Shown here: positions 27,263-41,575 of the stretch, one piece after another | Layout: each line of letters begins with the position of its first letter | Position numbering within the stretch: position 1 is the first letter of the stretch | Assembly: GCA_951406725.2 (NCBI GenBank) | Contig: OX597826.1 | Coordinates: forward strand, 59,768,001-59,832,000 | Direction: 5' to 3' | Length of the DNA stretch: 64,000 nt | Source: Octopus vulgaris | Lineage: Eukaryota | Made by a program: the position numbers and the translations under genes | The notes under the pieces: generated by a model | Told to the model about the DNA's origin: nothing | Seen by the model: only the letters and a program-made list of their open reading frames with translations | The model's database searches: none

Positions 27263-27880
27263 TAGGCACAGGCGTGGCTGTGTGGTAAGAAGCTTGCTTC
27301 CACATCCGATTGCGTTACTGCTGTTATTACACCGCAGACGTGGCCACGCTGGTGTGCATTGGCGAAATATTGATTGAAAAAGAAGCTCAGCTCTAAAGTG
27401 AGACTTTCGTTTTTTGGGTCAAGTAGGGTTTTTTTGTTTGCTGTATTATTTTTTTGTACAAACAAGAAATCCTCACTGGGTTCTGGATTCTAGTCTGACT
27501 ACAGTTGGGCAAAATTGTTCACTTTTATGTGAATTGTTTTGGTGGGCGGATCCCCTGCCGCCATAAAGTTTAGTATTTATTTGCCGCTGCGAAAAAATTT
27601 CTACGTTTCGTAATTACCATTTAATGGTAAAATATTTTTTGTTCCTGCTACTGTGTTCCCAACTCAACTGGAGTACATTTTTGGAGTATGCATATGTGTC
27701 TTTGTGTCTGTGTTTGTCCCCTCCATCACCGCATGACAACCAGTGTTATTGTGTTTATGTCCCCATAAATTAGTGGTTTGGGAAATGGGACGGGTGGAAT
27801 AATCCCTGAGCTTAAAAATTAAATCTTGTAGTCAATTTCTTCGACTAAAAATCCCTTAATGAGGTGCTCCAGCATGGCTA
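27263..27880 (+). mobile_element. SINE family A head (27263-27305) and tail (27695-27880) separated by a ~345-bp hairpin-rich insert
   Basis: GGCGTGGCTGTGTGGTAAGAAGCTTGCTTCC head; TGTGTTTGTCCC..GGTGCTCCAGCATGGC tail. Confidence 0.7.
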
Positions 27881-28080
27881 CATACATACATACATACAAA
27901 CATATATTATGGCTGCCCCCTCGTTATCGAGTATGGCTATTGCACGAAGCTTAACTGTTACTGGTGCTGTGATCGAATGTGACTTTTTAGCCCAGCTAAA
28001 GATCTACAATGTCTTGTACAAAATTGGCAACTAAAACCTTTACTGGTAATAGCCGGCTGTAGTTGTAACTGGGCTTCATG
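27880..28080 (-). mobile_element. 5'-truncated RTE-clade LINE 3' end within (TACA)n
   Basis: C-terminal [25 protein letters not shown] (RTE-type terminal zinc finger), short 3'UTR, tetranucleotide tail. Confidence 0.7.
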
Positions 28081-28156
28081 TACATACATACAAACATACA
28101 TACATACATACATACATACATACATACATACATACATACATACATACATACATACA

Positions 28157-28189
<33 letters not shown>

Positions 28190-28915
28190 GTTGCAGCGAG
28201 TTAGTACCACTTTTGAAAAACGATTTTTAATTTCAGTTTCTAATAGATGTCCGCGTTTTGATCGGTTTACAAAATAATAACGAAAAAGACTTTCTCTGTG
28301 ACAAAAACTTATCACATTCTTGAATAATTGCAGCCACTTGAGACAGAACTAGAGTTAATCTGTGGGCCACACAATGAACAAAAACAAAAAGGATGCTCCC
28401 TAATTTGAAAACCTATAAAATGTTAGTTGAATAAAGGCAGAAATCTATGCCCGTATTATATTTTCAGTTTTCTTGATGGAAGCATGATGTCAACTTGCTT
28501 CCCTTTTCCTATTTAAGTGTTACATAACAACATAAGACTATACATATCATAGGTATTGCGAATTGACAGAAACTTAATCAAACCATATAAGTAATTATTA
28601 ACATCTAAAACAATTCATTATCAGCTCTTACGAGAAAAAATTGTCTTTGTGGCATTTTTATCGGAAAAAAAATGTTAAAGTATTACAGCGAAAGGCCTGC
28701 AACAGCTCGTGTTGCTTCCCTTGCACGGATTTTTTTGTCGTCTGCCACTGCTTGTCTCTCATGCTAATTCCGACAATAAAAGTCTGAAGCCTATGATGTC
28801 ATGTAGTTTACATTCATTTTACAGAAGGTTAGAAGAATGATCTTATGAAAAATAAATATTTATTCACACACACATACATACACATGCACACACACATATG
28901 CACACGCACACACAT

Positions 28916-29089
28916 AGGCGTAGTAGTGGCTGCGCGGTAAGTGTGGTAAGTAGCTTGCTAACCAGCCACATGGTTCCGAGTTCAGTCCCACTGCGTTACA
29001 CCTTGGGCAAGTGTCTTCTACTATAGCCTCGGGCCGACCAGTGCCTTTTGAGTGGATTTGGTAGACAGACTCTGAAAGAACCCGTCGTA

Positions 29090-29120
<31 letters not shown>

Positions 29121-29347
29121 GCCTTCAAAATGTGACCTCGTGTGTACCGTTGGCTATTTTTTTCCCTCTGTCTTCCATTCTCTGGATCTTTCCTTCTCCT
29201 ATGTTTCTGACGAAGCGCTCCGATCGAAACGATAAACCCTCCTTCTTTCCTTCTTTCCTGAGCGTCCAATAATACTCTATTTGTTCCACGTCCTCGCGTT
29301 GTTGTGTTTTTTTGTGCTTTCTTGTTTGGATTAACTTTATATACGTG

Positions 29348-29396
<49 letters not shown>

Positions 29397-29670
29397 GCGT
29401 GTGTGTGTGTGTGTCTGTGTGTGTGTGTGTCTGTGTGTGTCTGTGTGTATATGTTAGTGTGTCTGTGTTTGTCCCCCCCCCCCAACATCGCTTGACAACC
29501 GATGCTGGTGTGTTTACGTGCCCGTAACTTAGGGGTTCGGCAAAAGAAACCCGATAGTATAAGTACTAGGCTTACAAAGAATAAGTCCTGGGATCGATTT
29601 GCTCGACTAAAAGGTGGTGCTCTAGCATGGTCACAGTCAAATGACTGAAAAAAGTAAAAGAGTAAAATGA
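28916..29670 (+). mobile_element. SINE family A, full length, with PLE-like insert in its (TA)n
   Basis: Head 28916-29090 and tail 29455-29670. Confidence 0.9.
29121..29340 (+). mobile_element. Penelope-like pLTR fragment with degenerate minimal hammerhead
   Basis: GTTT-CTGACGA(29207)-A-GCGCTCCGATC-GAAACG-AT-AAAC; homologous to 31060-31270. Confidence 0.65.
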
Positions 29671-29689
29671 GTGATATAGTTTCAATTTA

Positions 29690-31270
29690 GATTCTATAAT
29701 TTTTCTCTGTAATTGCTTCCCTTGCCTCCATGGACGCGCGCCTAACACACGCACACATACAGGCACACACACACACACATACGCACGCACATACAAGCAA
29801 TAAAATGCACACATTCCTCGATACACATCTCCACGTTCACACACACATATACACACGAACGCATACACATATATACACACGGACACGCATACACACACAC
29901 GCACATACACATATACACACATATACACACATATACACACATGCACTTATACGCACACATACCTCCTCCACGCACAACACACACTCATGCAGACACGCAC
30001 ACAATTACACATGCATGGGCAAAGAAACACACGCAAGCAGGCACACACAGACACACACACACAGGAACGCACACATAGTCCACAGACAAAACCCCACATT
30101 CAACTCCACGCACATATACACACACACAAACACACGCATACACACATACACATACATACAACCACACATACCCACACATCATATACATACACGCTCACAC
30201 ATACATACATACATACATACATACACACTCACACACTTACAAACCCAAACATACACTCACATGCGTACACACACGCACGCGCATACGCACAGGGATATAC
30301 ACACACCTAACACACACAACCCCACGCACACACATACACACGCCTACATAACACACACGCACATATAAATACACGTAAACACAACTACACGCACATATAC
30401 GAACACACACGCACACATACACACGCATGCGCATACATGCACAGAAAGCACATATAACTCCATAAAACCACTCGTTCACACACATATAGACACGTGAACG
30501 CACACATACACACGTATACGCACATGCACATAGACATATGCACACGCACACACATGTACACACGCACATACACTCACACGCATATACACTCACACGCACA
30601 CTCGCGCACTCACATATATACACACGCACACACGTGCAGACAGATATACACACGAACACATATACACACACACGCATACGCATATGAACTCAAACATACC
30701 TCCCCTACATCACACACTCATACATACACGCACACAAATCTACATACATGGACATGCATATACACGCACACACACACACTCGCACACACATACAGAGGAA
30801 CGCACATCAACTCCTCAGTCACAACCACACACACACAACTCCACTCACACTCCCATACACGCACATACTTACACACACATGCACACAGACAGACGCAGGC
30901 ATACACTACACACAAATCACACACACAGTACATATACATACACACACGTACATACACACGTGCTATTACACATACACAGATCCTCGCGCGCGCACATACT
31001 CACACATACCTCCTTCTCTTACACCCTCCTGTTTTAGAAATAAGTTTTTTGTTCACCAATTTTCTTCCGGTCATTTCAAAATGTAACCACATGTGAAGAG
31101 TTGGCAATTTTCTTCCTCCGTCCGCCTTTCTATAGGTCTTCCTCTAGTTCCGAAGAAGAGCGTCTGCTCGAAACGTTAAAACATCTTTCTTACCATTCCT
31201 AAGCGTCTGCTAATACATTACATGTACCACGTCATCGCGTTGTTTTTTTTTTTTGCGTTTGTTCTTTTTG
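29690..31270 (+). mobile_element. Penelope-like 3' region: ~1.3-kb degenerate CA-rich tract followed by pLTR with minimal hammerhead
   Basis: CCGAAGA(31150)-A-GAGC-GTCT-GCTC-GAAA-CG-TT; shares CAAAATGT, AGCGTC, CCACGTC.TCGCGTTG with 29121-29340. Confidence 0.55.
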
Positions 31271-31302
31271 TGTGTGTGTATGCATATATATATATATATA
31301 TA

Positions 31303-31600
31303 ATACAAATTGGGACAAGAACGTAAAACATCCGGATAGCTAGGTGATACAAAAGGGGGACAACAAAACATCCTGAAAGATGATTCCAGGAAAACAAGGA
31401 CGCGTCATTCGAAGTTTTCTCTCCTCAGTCAAGCACCAGATAACCCTCGTAATTTTGGCTGATTATTCTTGTTATTACTCCAATCTGGCTAGCCTCAAAG
31501 AAAAACTAAGCTAAGAGCATTAGATTTCTTAGAAGGAAGCAGCGAATGTATACAAAAAGAAGGAGGGAAAAAAACAGACAAAGTTACACAAATATAAATA
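31303..31600 (-). mobile_element. Unclassified repeat in (TA)n with hammerhead-like core
   Basis: Minus strand CTGAGGA-GAG-AAAA-CTTC-GAAT (31428-31407). Confidence 0.35.
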
Positions 31601-32394
31601 CAGTAAAAATGATAATAGGACATAATGTGTGTGTGCTTGTGCGTGTGTGTATATATGTATGTAAGTTTATGTATTTACGTATATATATATATATACACCC
31701 ACTCACACACATACACACATATATGTATATATGGGCATGTGCGTGTGTGTGTGCTTGCTACCACTTGGCATCTAGCGTTCGTTTCTTTACGTTCCTACAG
31801 GGTACCCTTTGACCAAAGGAAAACTGATAAAAATAATTATCTAATTTAATTTATTCGGTTGAAAATTTCAAGGTGGTGCTCCAGCATAGGCGATGTCCAG
31901 TAATTGAAAAACGTGAAAGATAGAAGATAATCTCACTTTTCCGTCATATTACGTGCTTGAACGCAACAAGAAATACAGTTGAATGAGCTGATATCCTATT
32001 GCTTTCTACAGGTCGATATTCAGAGATTATTTCACAGCGACGTTAGACAGATTTTCTCATTCTAAATTAATTAATTCATTCGCATACGCTATGGTGTGAT
32101 AAGTAATTAACAGTGAAAGTGTGTAAATTTAAAAAAAAAACAACATATTTTGCATGTAAATGCGTAGATAGCAAATTGATGGTAAAAAAAAAACGCGGAT
32201 CAATTAACTGCTGCACATACAATTAATATATATATTCGCTATACATTCCTGGGATATTAACTGTTAATGCAGCAGTAATTGGGTGAATGACATGATTACG
32301 TTGGCAAATTCAACATTGTACATACACATACATGCATACATACGGGTGTACATCTAAGTATAATATGTGTGTGTACTCATGGAAGATTCATATG

Positions 32395-32436
<42 letters not shown>

Positions 32437-32805
32437 AATATATACATACACATATATATATGAATACATATACGTATACGTACATATATACATACGTGCA
32501 ATTATACATATATACATATCCACATATACATGCATATTTTCATGTACTGTTCTATACAACGTGTATGTCGATAAAGAAACCAAAATCTAGATCCATCCTT
32601 CCATCAGTCCTATTAAGGATTCATGTTTACTCTCTAAAACTCACGCACATGCAGATGTATGTATGTATGCATGTACATATGTATGTATATATGTAGCGCG
32701 AATCATATATAGTTAAAGCGATAGATACATAGGTGAATATATTTATCTACCCTTCGATATGTCACTCACTGCTTATCTGTCTGTATTGCTTTCTCTCTCT
32801 GTCTG

Positions 32806-32883
<78 letters not shown>

Positions 32884-32949
32884 AATTTAACTATATGTGT
32901 GTGTATATATATACATACTAACACACACAAATATATATACATATATATT

Positions 32950-33135
32950 CTTTTATTGTTTTATTTTTTCAGTCATTTGAAACTTGCAGGAGCACCGCCT
33001 TTAGTTTCCTGGACTTATTCTTTATAAGCCTAGTACTTATTCTATCGGAGTATTTTTGCAGAACCGCTAAGTTACGGGGACATAAACACACCAACATCGG
33101 TTGTCAAACGATGGTAGCGTCCCAAACACAGACAT
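32950..33135 (-). mobile_element. SINE family A tail
   Basis: GAGCACCGCCTTTAG...AGCCTAGTACTTATTCTATCGG... Confidence 0.8.
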
Positions 33136-33142
33136 ACACTTA

Positions 33143-33193
<51 letters not shown>

Positions 33194-33195
33194 TT

Positions 33196-33251
<56 letters not shown>

Positions 33252-33253
33252 TT

Positions 33254-33297
<44 letters not shown>

Positions 33298-33446
33298 ACA
33301 CACACATACACATACATACACACACACACATATATACATATACATATACACATACATATGTGCATAATCAATAATCATGTCTGGGCGATAGTCCCGTGGA
33401 TCCCACGTAGTCTTGGTGGCAGCCCTACCATTTTATGACATAAATT

Positions 33447-34050
33447 ATGTTTTCAGAGGCACAAGTAAAATTATCACTCAGACGTAGATGCACACTGCAT
33501 CGACAACAGATTGCATTCCCAGAATACAGAATGATACCTTTTAGTGAGCACATTGAGAAATGCGCAAAGCAACTACTACCACAATTTTTAATCTTTCCAT
33601 TTTACCAATGTGCTATCGGATCATCAACACAAACTAGACTAAACAAGGAAACATTCTTCATTGAAAAGTACAAGCCCAGACTTAACCATTCCAACATAAT
33701 TATACAGAGAAATTCACCCCAAAGGAAAGGAAAAAAATGTTAAGCGATTATCTCCCTTACACCGGTAGAAATCACTTATTACATCCCCTTATTTAGAACT
33801 CTTTTCAACATAAACATAACTTAACTCGTTAACATAAACATAACGACGTAAGAAATTTGAAAAGCTAAACGTGAAACCGGTCTTTCTTCTAAACTATGTA
33901 ATTGTAAGAAAAACATTTATAATATTCTTCAGACATATTGACTTATAAATATATATTCTTTAACCTTTTAAAACAAGCCTTCTGTAGTTTTTTCACTTTT
34001 TACTATTTTCTATATATTCAACCACGTGCTTTCACAAACCAACTTCCTTA
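33447..34050 (+). mobile_element. Penelope-like element 3' end: GIY-YIG endonuclease C-terminus, 3'UTR and decayed minimal hammerhead
   Basis: ORF 33447: LRRRCTLHRQQI..HIEKC..IFPFY..TRLNKETFFIEKYKPRLN (GIY-YIG R, H, E, PxLN motifs); AAGAAA..TTGAAAA..GAAACCGGTC-TTTCTT at 33850-33888; ends in (TA)n. Confidence 0.8.
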
Positions 34051-34093
<43 letters not shown>

Positions 34094-34213
34094 AACTACG
34101 CGCACACTCACACTCAAGTACGCGCTAGCCCTGACACTCTTTCATATATTCACAGACGAGTAAATATATATATATATGTATATGTATTTATAAATATGTA
34201 TATATACATTTAT

Positions 34214-34260
<47 letters not shown>

Positions 34261-34630
34261 TGTGTATATATGTATATGTGTGTATGTATATGTCTACATA
34301 CATATATATATATATATATATATACATACTTACATACATAGTGCATACACACATATACATACATACATACAAACATACATACATACACACATACACACAC
34401 ACAGACGTGTCTTTCTATCTGTATTAATATGGGTGTTGCTATCTATTATTACCAGCAAACATTTACTGGACAAAGAAATCATAAGGTGATGTGGAGCAAA
34501 CTTCATTTACACACCCATGTATTGACTTGCACACGAAGATACATACACACACTCTCACATATTCATGATATCAACACACACACACACACATACACACAGA
34601 CATGTACACGCACAAACACACGTGTATATA

Positions 34631-34685
<55 letters not shown>

Positions 34686-35022
34686 AAGCTTAAATTCTGT
34701 ATATATATGTAGATATACATATACAGATACACAAACACACACACACGCTTTTACTAACATATTCTCATATACTTTACTAATATATATCAATAAATAGATA
34801 TTTTTAGAGAGAGACAGAGAGCGAAAGACTAAGAGAGAGAGAGACAGAAACCTATGTATTATAAATACAGACATACGCGCATATACATATACATGCATAT
34901 ATAATATATACACTCATATATAATATATACACTCACATATAAATATATACACGCATACATAAATATATACACTCAAACGCATATATAAATATGAACACGC
35001 ATATATAAATATGCATATATAT

Positions 35023-35092
<70 letters not shown>

Positions 35093-35672
35093 CATATATA
35101 TATATATTACTTATACATAGGCCTAAGTGTAAGTAATAATTTAATATAAACTTTTGATTTTATTTCTATATTCATGTAATTTTTATATCTTCTTTTCTAT
35201 TCTCATTTTGCCATTCTTGTTTCTATTGTATCTTTTATTTGGGCTGTTGTTGTTGTAGTTCTTCTTCATCTTCTTGTTGATGATGATATTGTGTTCTTCT
35301 TGCATGCTATTGTTTATAATTGTACATTAATTCAACTTGATATTTTCCTATCTTTATCTCTTGATTTGCTTCAATCTATGCGTCTATAATGACACGTCAT
35401 TGCCTAAAAATCGTTCTAAATTTAATTATACGACTATAAACATTTCAGCGCCATAACACACACACACACATGCACACACACACACACACGCACACACACA
35501 CACACACACACCAGCAGAAACACACGGACAGCCTCACACACAAATTTATCTTCTCTCTTTACATACATACCTAACATACATACATTCATACATATGTATA
35601 ACCATGTGTAAATTTACAATGGTATATATATATGTGTATATATAAATAAATAAATATATAATATATATATGA

Positions 35673-35844
<172 letters not shown>

Positions 35845-36126
35845 TCATATGTGCGTACGTATATATATAACTCTTCTCTTCGGTGGTGTTTTACGGCAAT
35901 ATATAACATAATGAAAAATGATTGATAATAATGATAATCATGATAATAGAAGCATAAAGAAGACTACAATAAAATAGTAATGATGAAATCAATAACTGCA
36001 ATAATGACAACAATAACAAAAATGATAACAACTTAATAATAATCTCTTCAATAATATAATAATAAGGAAAATAATAAAATAATTTTTCATGAAACCATAT
36101 TTCTGTAAAATCTACAATCTGTATCT

Positions 36127-36309
<183 letters not shown>

Positions 36310-37123
36310 GTGTGTGTGTGCGTGCGTTTCGTTTTTCTAATGTGTGTGTTTGCGTAGATACATGTATACATGTGTAAAATACACATTGTGTACATAAGTG
36401 CTTTGAATGTGAACCGCTGTGTTTAGAAATGTGTGTGTGTGTATGTGTATGTGTGTGTATGTGTGTCTGGGTGTGTGTCTCGGAGCGTTTGGCATACATT
36501 CATCAGAACTTATAATTAAGCAAATACGCACGGCCTACAAAATACACACGCGCGCACACACAAATACATACACGCACACACAAATACACACATACACACA
36601 CGCTTGCACAATCTCATGCATACACACGCGTATACTAATATGCAGTTAACTTCATGAAGTGTATATAAGAATCACAAGTGAAACACCGATATTTCTCAGA
36701 TGTTTTAAAATTTTATTTTGTGTAACTTATAAATTTATACACACTTATGTGTATTGCAGCTATAAAGCGAAAGACATTTCTCGATATAAGTACATAAACG
36801 TTCCCAAAGTCGTACAAAATACTTCTAACACATAAGGACATAAACGCATGTAAAAAACGCACACACGCGGTAACATACGCATACGTACATATACACAAAC
36901 ACACATTTTTATATACATACATATGGACATTTTCGTTGACATATATTTACAGTGCATGACGTCTTGATTCGGCTTTTGCGGGGTTTTTTTATGGCCCGCA
37001 AATTTCCTCTATTACATTGTAATCATGAGACGGCTTTCGATTCCATTACCTGCATATGAACGCATTTAAGAACAAACATGGATAAGCATGCACACATGCG
37101 CACGAACAGCACACAAACACACA

Positions 37124-37170
<47 letters not shown>

Positions 37171-37245
37171 TTATATATAAAAACATATAAATACATATAT
37201 AAAGATAGATATGCAGATAGATCGATAGATAGACAGACAGATAAA

Positions 37246-37472
37246 AGTAGCGAGCAGGCAGAAATGTTAGCACGCCGGGCGAAATGCTTAGCGGTATTTC
37301 GTCTGCCGTTACGTTCTGAGTTCACACTCCGCCGGGGTCGACTTTGCCGTTCATCCTTCCGGGGGTCGATAGTTTAATTACTAGTTACACACTGGGGTCG
37401 ATGTATTCGACTTATTCCCTTTGTCTGTCTTTGTTTGTCTCCTCTATTTTTACCCGCTTGTAGGCAATAAAT
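37246..37472 (+). mobile_element. SINE family B
   Basis: Matches family B. Confidence 0.88.
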
Positions 37473-37539
37473 AAATAAGCTAGACAGACAGACGAACAGG
37501 TGGGCGGATTGACAGATAGATAGATAGATAGATAGATAC

Positions 37540-37610
<71 letters not shown>

Positions 37611-37738
37611 TGCCACGTGTAGGGTCTCTTATACTGATGGGGAAAGAATTGTTTCCTATACTTATAGGATTGTGGTGTCTAGCAGAGTTATAGAAAGCAG
37701 TCTAACCTGCAATGGATACTGGACGGTCGTTTTATCTA

Positions 37739-37962
37739 TTGGGTTGTCCGGAAAGTTCGTGCCTATTTTTAAAGGAAAGAAAAAGTTCAATAAATACTTG
37801 CCATTATATTTTTAATCAACCAAATATGAACCATTTTGCTGCACAATGCGTCTCCATCTTTCCTTTAACTTGAAAATGCCCTCTTCCCAGAATTGAGGTT
37901 CTTGGGAGGGTCAGTCGAAAGGAAGCTACTATAAATCGGCACGAACTTTCCGGACAACCCAA
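37739..37962 (-). mobile_element. Mariner-derived MITE (224 bp)
   Basis: Perfect TIRs TTGGGTTGTCCGGAAAGTTCGTGCC / GGCACGAACTTTCCGGACAACCCAA, TA target duplication; minus strand retains transposase C-terminus FWEEGIFKLKERWRRIVQQNGSYLVD*. Confidence 0.93.
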
Positions 37963-38025
37963 TACTATAATATTTCAAGGCTGATGGAGTTGTATATTGT
38001 GATATATATATATATATATATATAA

Positions 38026-38363
38026 GGCGCATGGCTCAGTGGTTAGAGCATCGAGCTTACGATCGTGAGGTTGTGAGCTCGAATCCCGGACCGGGCTGCG
38101 TGTTGTGTTCTTGAGCAAAACACTTTATTTCACGTTGCTCCAGTTCACTCAGCTGTAGAAATGAGTTGCGACGTCACTGGTTCCAAGCTGTATCGACCTT
38201 TGTCTTTCCCTTGGATAACACTGGTGGCGTGGAGAGGGGAGGCCGGTATGCATGGGCGACTGCTGGTCTTCCATAAACAACCTTGCCCGGACTTGTGTCT
38301 AGGAGGGTAACTTTCTAGGTGCAATCCCATGGTCATTCATGACCGAAGGGGGTCTTTACCCTT
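38026..38363 (+). mobile_element. tRNA-derived SINE (family C), full length
   Basis: A box TGGCTCAGTGG, B-box-like GCTCGAATCCC, central TTGTGTTCTTGAGCAAAACACTT domain; inserted in (TA)n. Confidence 0.85.
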
Positions 38364-38403
38364 TATATATATATATATATATAAAAATATACTGTTGTAT
38401 ACT

Positions 38404-38450
<47 letters not shown>

Positions 38451-39199
38451 TGCAAGCAGCAAAATCACTCTAAATTGTACAACAAACTTCGGAGAATATA
38501 GCTTAATTTTGGTGTTTTAGGAATTGTTTAAACGTATACATATACTTTAGCATAAGTGTTTCTTTACTGCGGGATCCCTCTACTTGTTGTCTATGCAAAA
38601 TAATTTTCCTTTCCATACTGGAGACATTTAATTTTTTAAAATTACTGTTGCCATTTATATCTTACCTTGCCATATTATGTCGTAGATATTCCGCCTGTAG
38701 TGCATATAAAAATCGCAAAAATTCTTGGTAACACTGTATCAAGGAGTCCACGCTCCTGCCCCATATAAAGGTATGTTTAATATATATTATATTTGTATAC
38801 ACGTCAGTTTTTGCTTGATGTGAGATCGAAGATCCGTCAAAGAGACCAGCAGTGGAAAAGACCGTCTAACAATCAGCGGCCACAGTTGTTCGCTTTCGTG
38901 GAATTGAAATCAAATGGAGCACCCAGCATACGGAAGGCGTTCCATCTAAAGAAAGCAAAAGAAGTACGCGTCCCAGTCCGGTCAGACGTAAAGTGTGGCA
39001 AGGCACCACCATAAGGGGCACACGGTAATATATGATGGAGGCAACAATTTATTTGCGTGTCTATGTACCTTTCTCTCTATCCTCCCTCTTCGCTATGTAT
39101 CGTTCTTTCTTTCTTTCTTTTTGTCTATGTATCTAGCTATATATATATATATACATGTGTGTGTATGTGTGTGTGTGTGTGTGTGTGTAGGCGGCTATT

Positions 39200-39720
39200 G
39201 TTGTTGTTAAGCAACAAGACGGGTACGGGTGATTAGGTGATGGTCTAGGGCTTAGGGGCGGGAGACCCAAGACCTTGGAAAATAAAAACTTTGGCCAATT
39301 TGTTGTAGTCGAGGGTTCTTCGTTGACGCCCGACACCACTGGGAGGTGACCCTCGAAGTCGCTGGAAATGGAGATCTCCAGATCCAAATTCTTGAACCGC
39401 GGCGGGTGTTGTAGAGAAGAGATTGATATATGCTGATGTGTCGTTTGGTGTTTCGATTCAATTTACGTTTGATCAAGCAAGCGTACAATGATATTCCATC
39501 TGCTTTCTTCCCGTATTTTACGGCTATAAGTATGTATATATATTATACCATCGGTTCTTTGAGCATTAGGTAGGTTGTGGTTTAGGGATTTTGGCTGCTG
39601 TCTGCTTAAGTTCCAGTTGCTAAGTAGGACCTTCAGCATTGTCACAAGAGCATTTGTCATTTATGTACCAATATTTTGTAAGATGTTTCTCAATAACTGA
39701 ATGGTTAAAATGACGCATTC
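39200..39720 (-). mobile_element. Possible decayed LINE coding fragment
   Basis: GC-richer island with overlapping minus-strand ORFs (KLNRNTKRHI..YQSLL) resembling a post-RT region. Confidence 0.3.
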
Positions 39721-39924
39721 AATTTCCCACTAATTTAAAATTTGTAACTTTTTAGAACATAAAGACATCGATAGTGTACCTAAACAGAATCCATCAAATC
39801 TAAAATTATACACATACATACAAATATACAAATATTCGTATGTGTGTGTGTATACATATACATATACATATATGTATGTATGTATATATATATATGTATA
39901 TATATATATGTATATATATATATG

Positions 39925-40013
<89 letters not shown>

Positions 40014-40387
40014 ATGTATAGTTTCTTCTACAGAATTCTAAACTTACTGTTGGAAAGGTCAATTCTTTGTTTTCGCTGTCGAACCTATTTTTCCAAAGAA
40101 TATGGTTTCTCATTAATATTATACATCTTTTACGTAGTTTAGTACATTTGAAAAACGAAACACTTTGGGGAATATTTCTTTTATCGAAGAAAACACCATA
40201 ATGCATTCTTCCGCATTCATGCCTATTTGCCAGGGTCAGAGGTCAAACATTAGGCCGGTCCACAGGTGCATCAGAAACAGCTATAGAAATAAATTTAATA
40301 TTTTATGACTTCAGAGAATTCCTCTCAACGCTGCTGAACTTTTGCGTTATCACTTTTGAATGTTTACAACATACATACATACATACA

Positions 40388-40449
<62 letters not shown>

Positions 40450-41159
40450 CACACACACATATATATATGCACATACACATTACCTATTTCTTCTTTTTCA
40501 TAATTTTCTTTTTCTTCATCTTTGACTTCATCTTTGTTATCATTATCATCATCATCATCATCATTAATACGATCACCTACATTACATAGCTGTTTCTTTA
40601 CCTTCCATCCCAATATTTTTCACTGGTTAATTTTCTGTTTTCCACTCTCTGTACCGCCCCCCCCCCCCACACACACAAATTCATACACACAAACACACAT
40701 ATACATATATATTTATGATTTAGGTATGTATATATGTGTGGTTCTGTATGTATATATCGATGTATCTAGCTATGCATGTATATAAATGCATGCGTGTATA
40801 TACATATATGTGTGTGTGTAGGTATATATCGGTATGTATATATATATATACCTGTATATGTGTGATGTGTATTAACTTTTCTTTTATATCGATATATCTC
40901 TCGCTTACGGTTTTTCGCTTCCTACTCACATTCCCTTCTCAATTTCATTTTTACCGAAACTTCCTTCACTTTCTCTGAAGATCAGATAACATTTTGCTCC
41001 CTTTCTCTTTCTACCACTTGTAAGACTGACAGATTCATAATCGTTGTCACTTATCCTATGATATTAATATTGTTCTCTTAAATACAACTGTACACACAAT
41101 CACACATCAGTTCAATAATGACTGCTTACATACATGATAGCATGCGTACGTACGTATCC

Positions 41160-41321
41160 ATAGATATGGCTGTATGGTAAGTAGCTTGCTAACCAACCAC
41201 ATGGTTCCGGGTTCAGTCCCACTGCGTGGCATCTTGGGCAAGTGTCTTCTGCTATGGCCCCGGGCCGACCAATGCCTTGTGAGTGGATTTGGTCGACGGA
41301 AACTGAAAGAAGACTGTCGTA

Positions 41322-41358
<37 letters not shown>

Positions 41359-41575
41359 TTGTGTGTGTGTGTTTGTCCCCCTAGCATTGCTTGACAACCG
41401 ATGCTGGTGTGTTTACGTCCCCGTCACTTAGCGGTTCGGCAAAGAGACTGATAGAATAAGTACTGGGCTTACAAAGAATAAGTCCCGGGGTCGATTTGCT
41501 CGAATAAAGGCGGTGCTCCAGCATGGCCGCAGTCAAAATGACTGAAACAAGTAAAAGAGTAAAAGAGTAAAGAGA
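41160..41575 (+). mobile_element. SINE family A, full length
   Basis: tRNA-like head (TGGTAAG; GGTTCAGTCCC), internal (TA)/(TG), tail ending in AAAAGAGT repeats. Confidence 0.93.

Noticed and set aside
27958-28080. Host C2H2 zinc-finger gene exon
   Set aside because: Single terminal finger with short UTR and repeat tail, flanked by (TACA)n; fits an RTE LINE 3' end.
29730-31096. His/Thr-rich 200-aa ORFs
   Set aside because: A CA-rich tract rarely contains stop codons; compositional artefact.
38026-38100. tRNA gene (also 25150-25224 and SINE A heads)
   Set aside because: A/B boxes present but no proper acceptor stem, and sequence continues into a SINE body.
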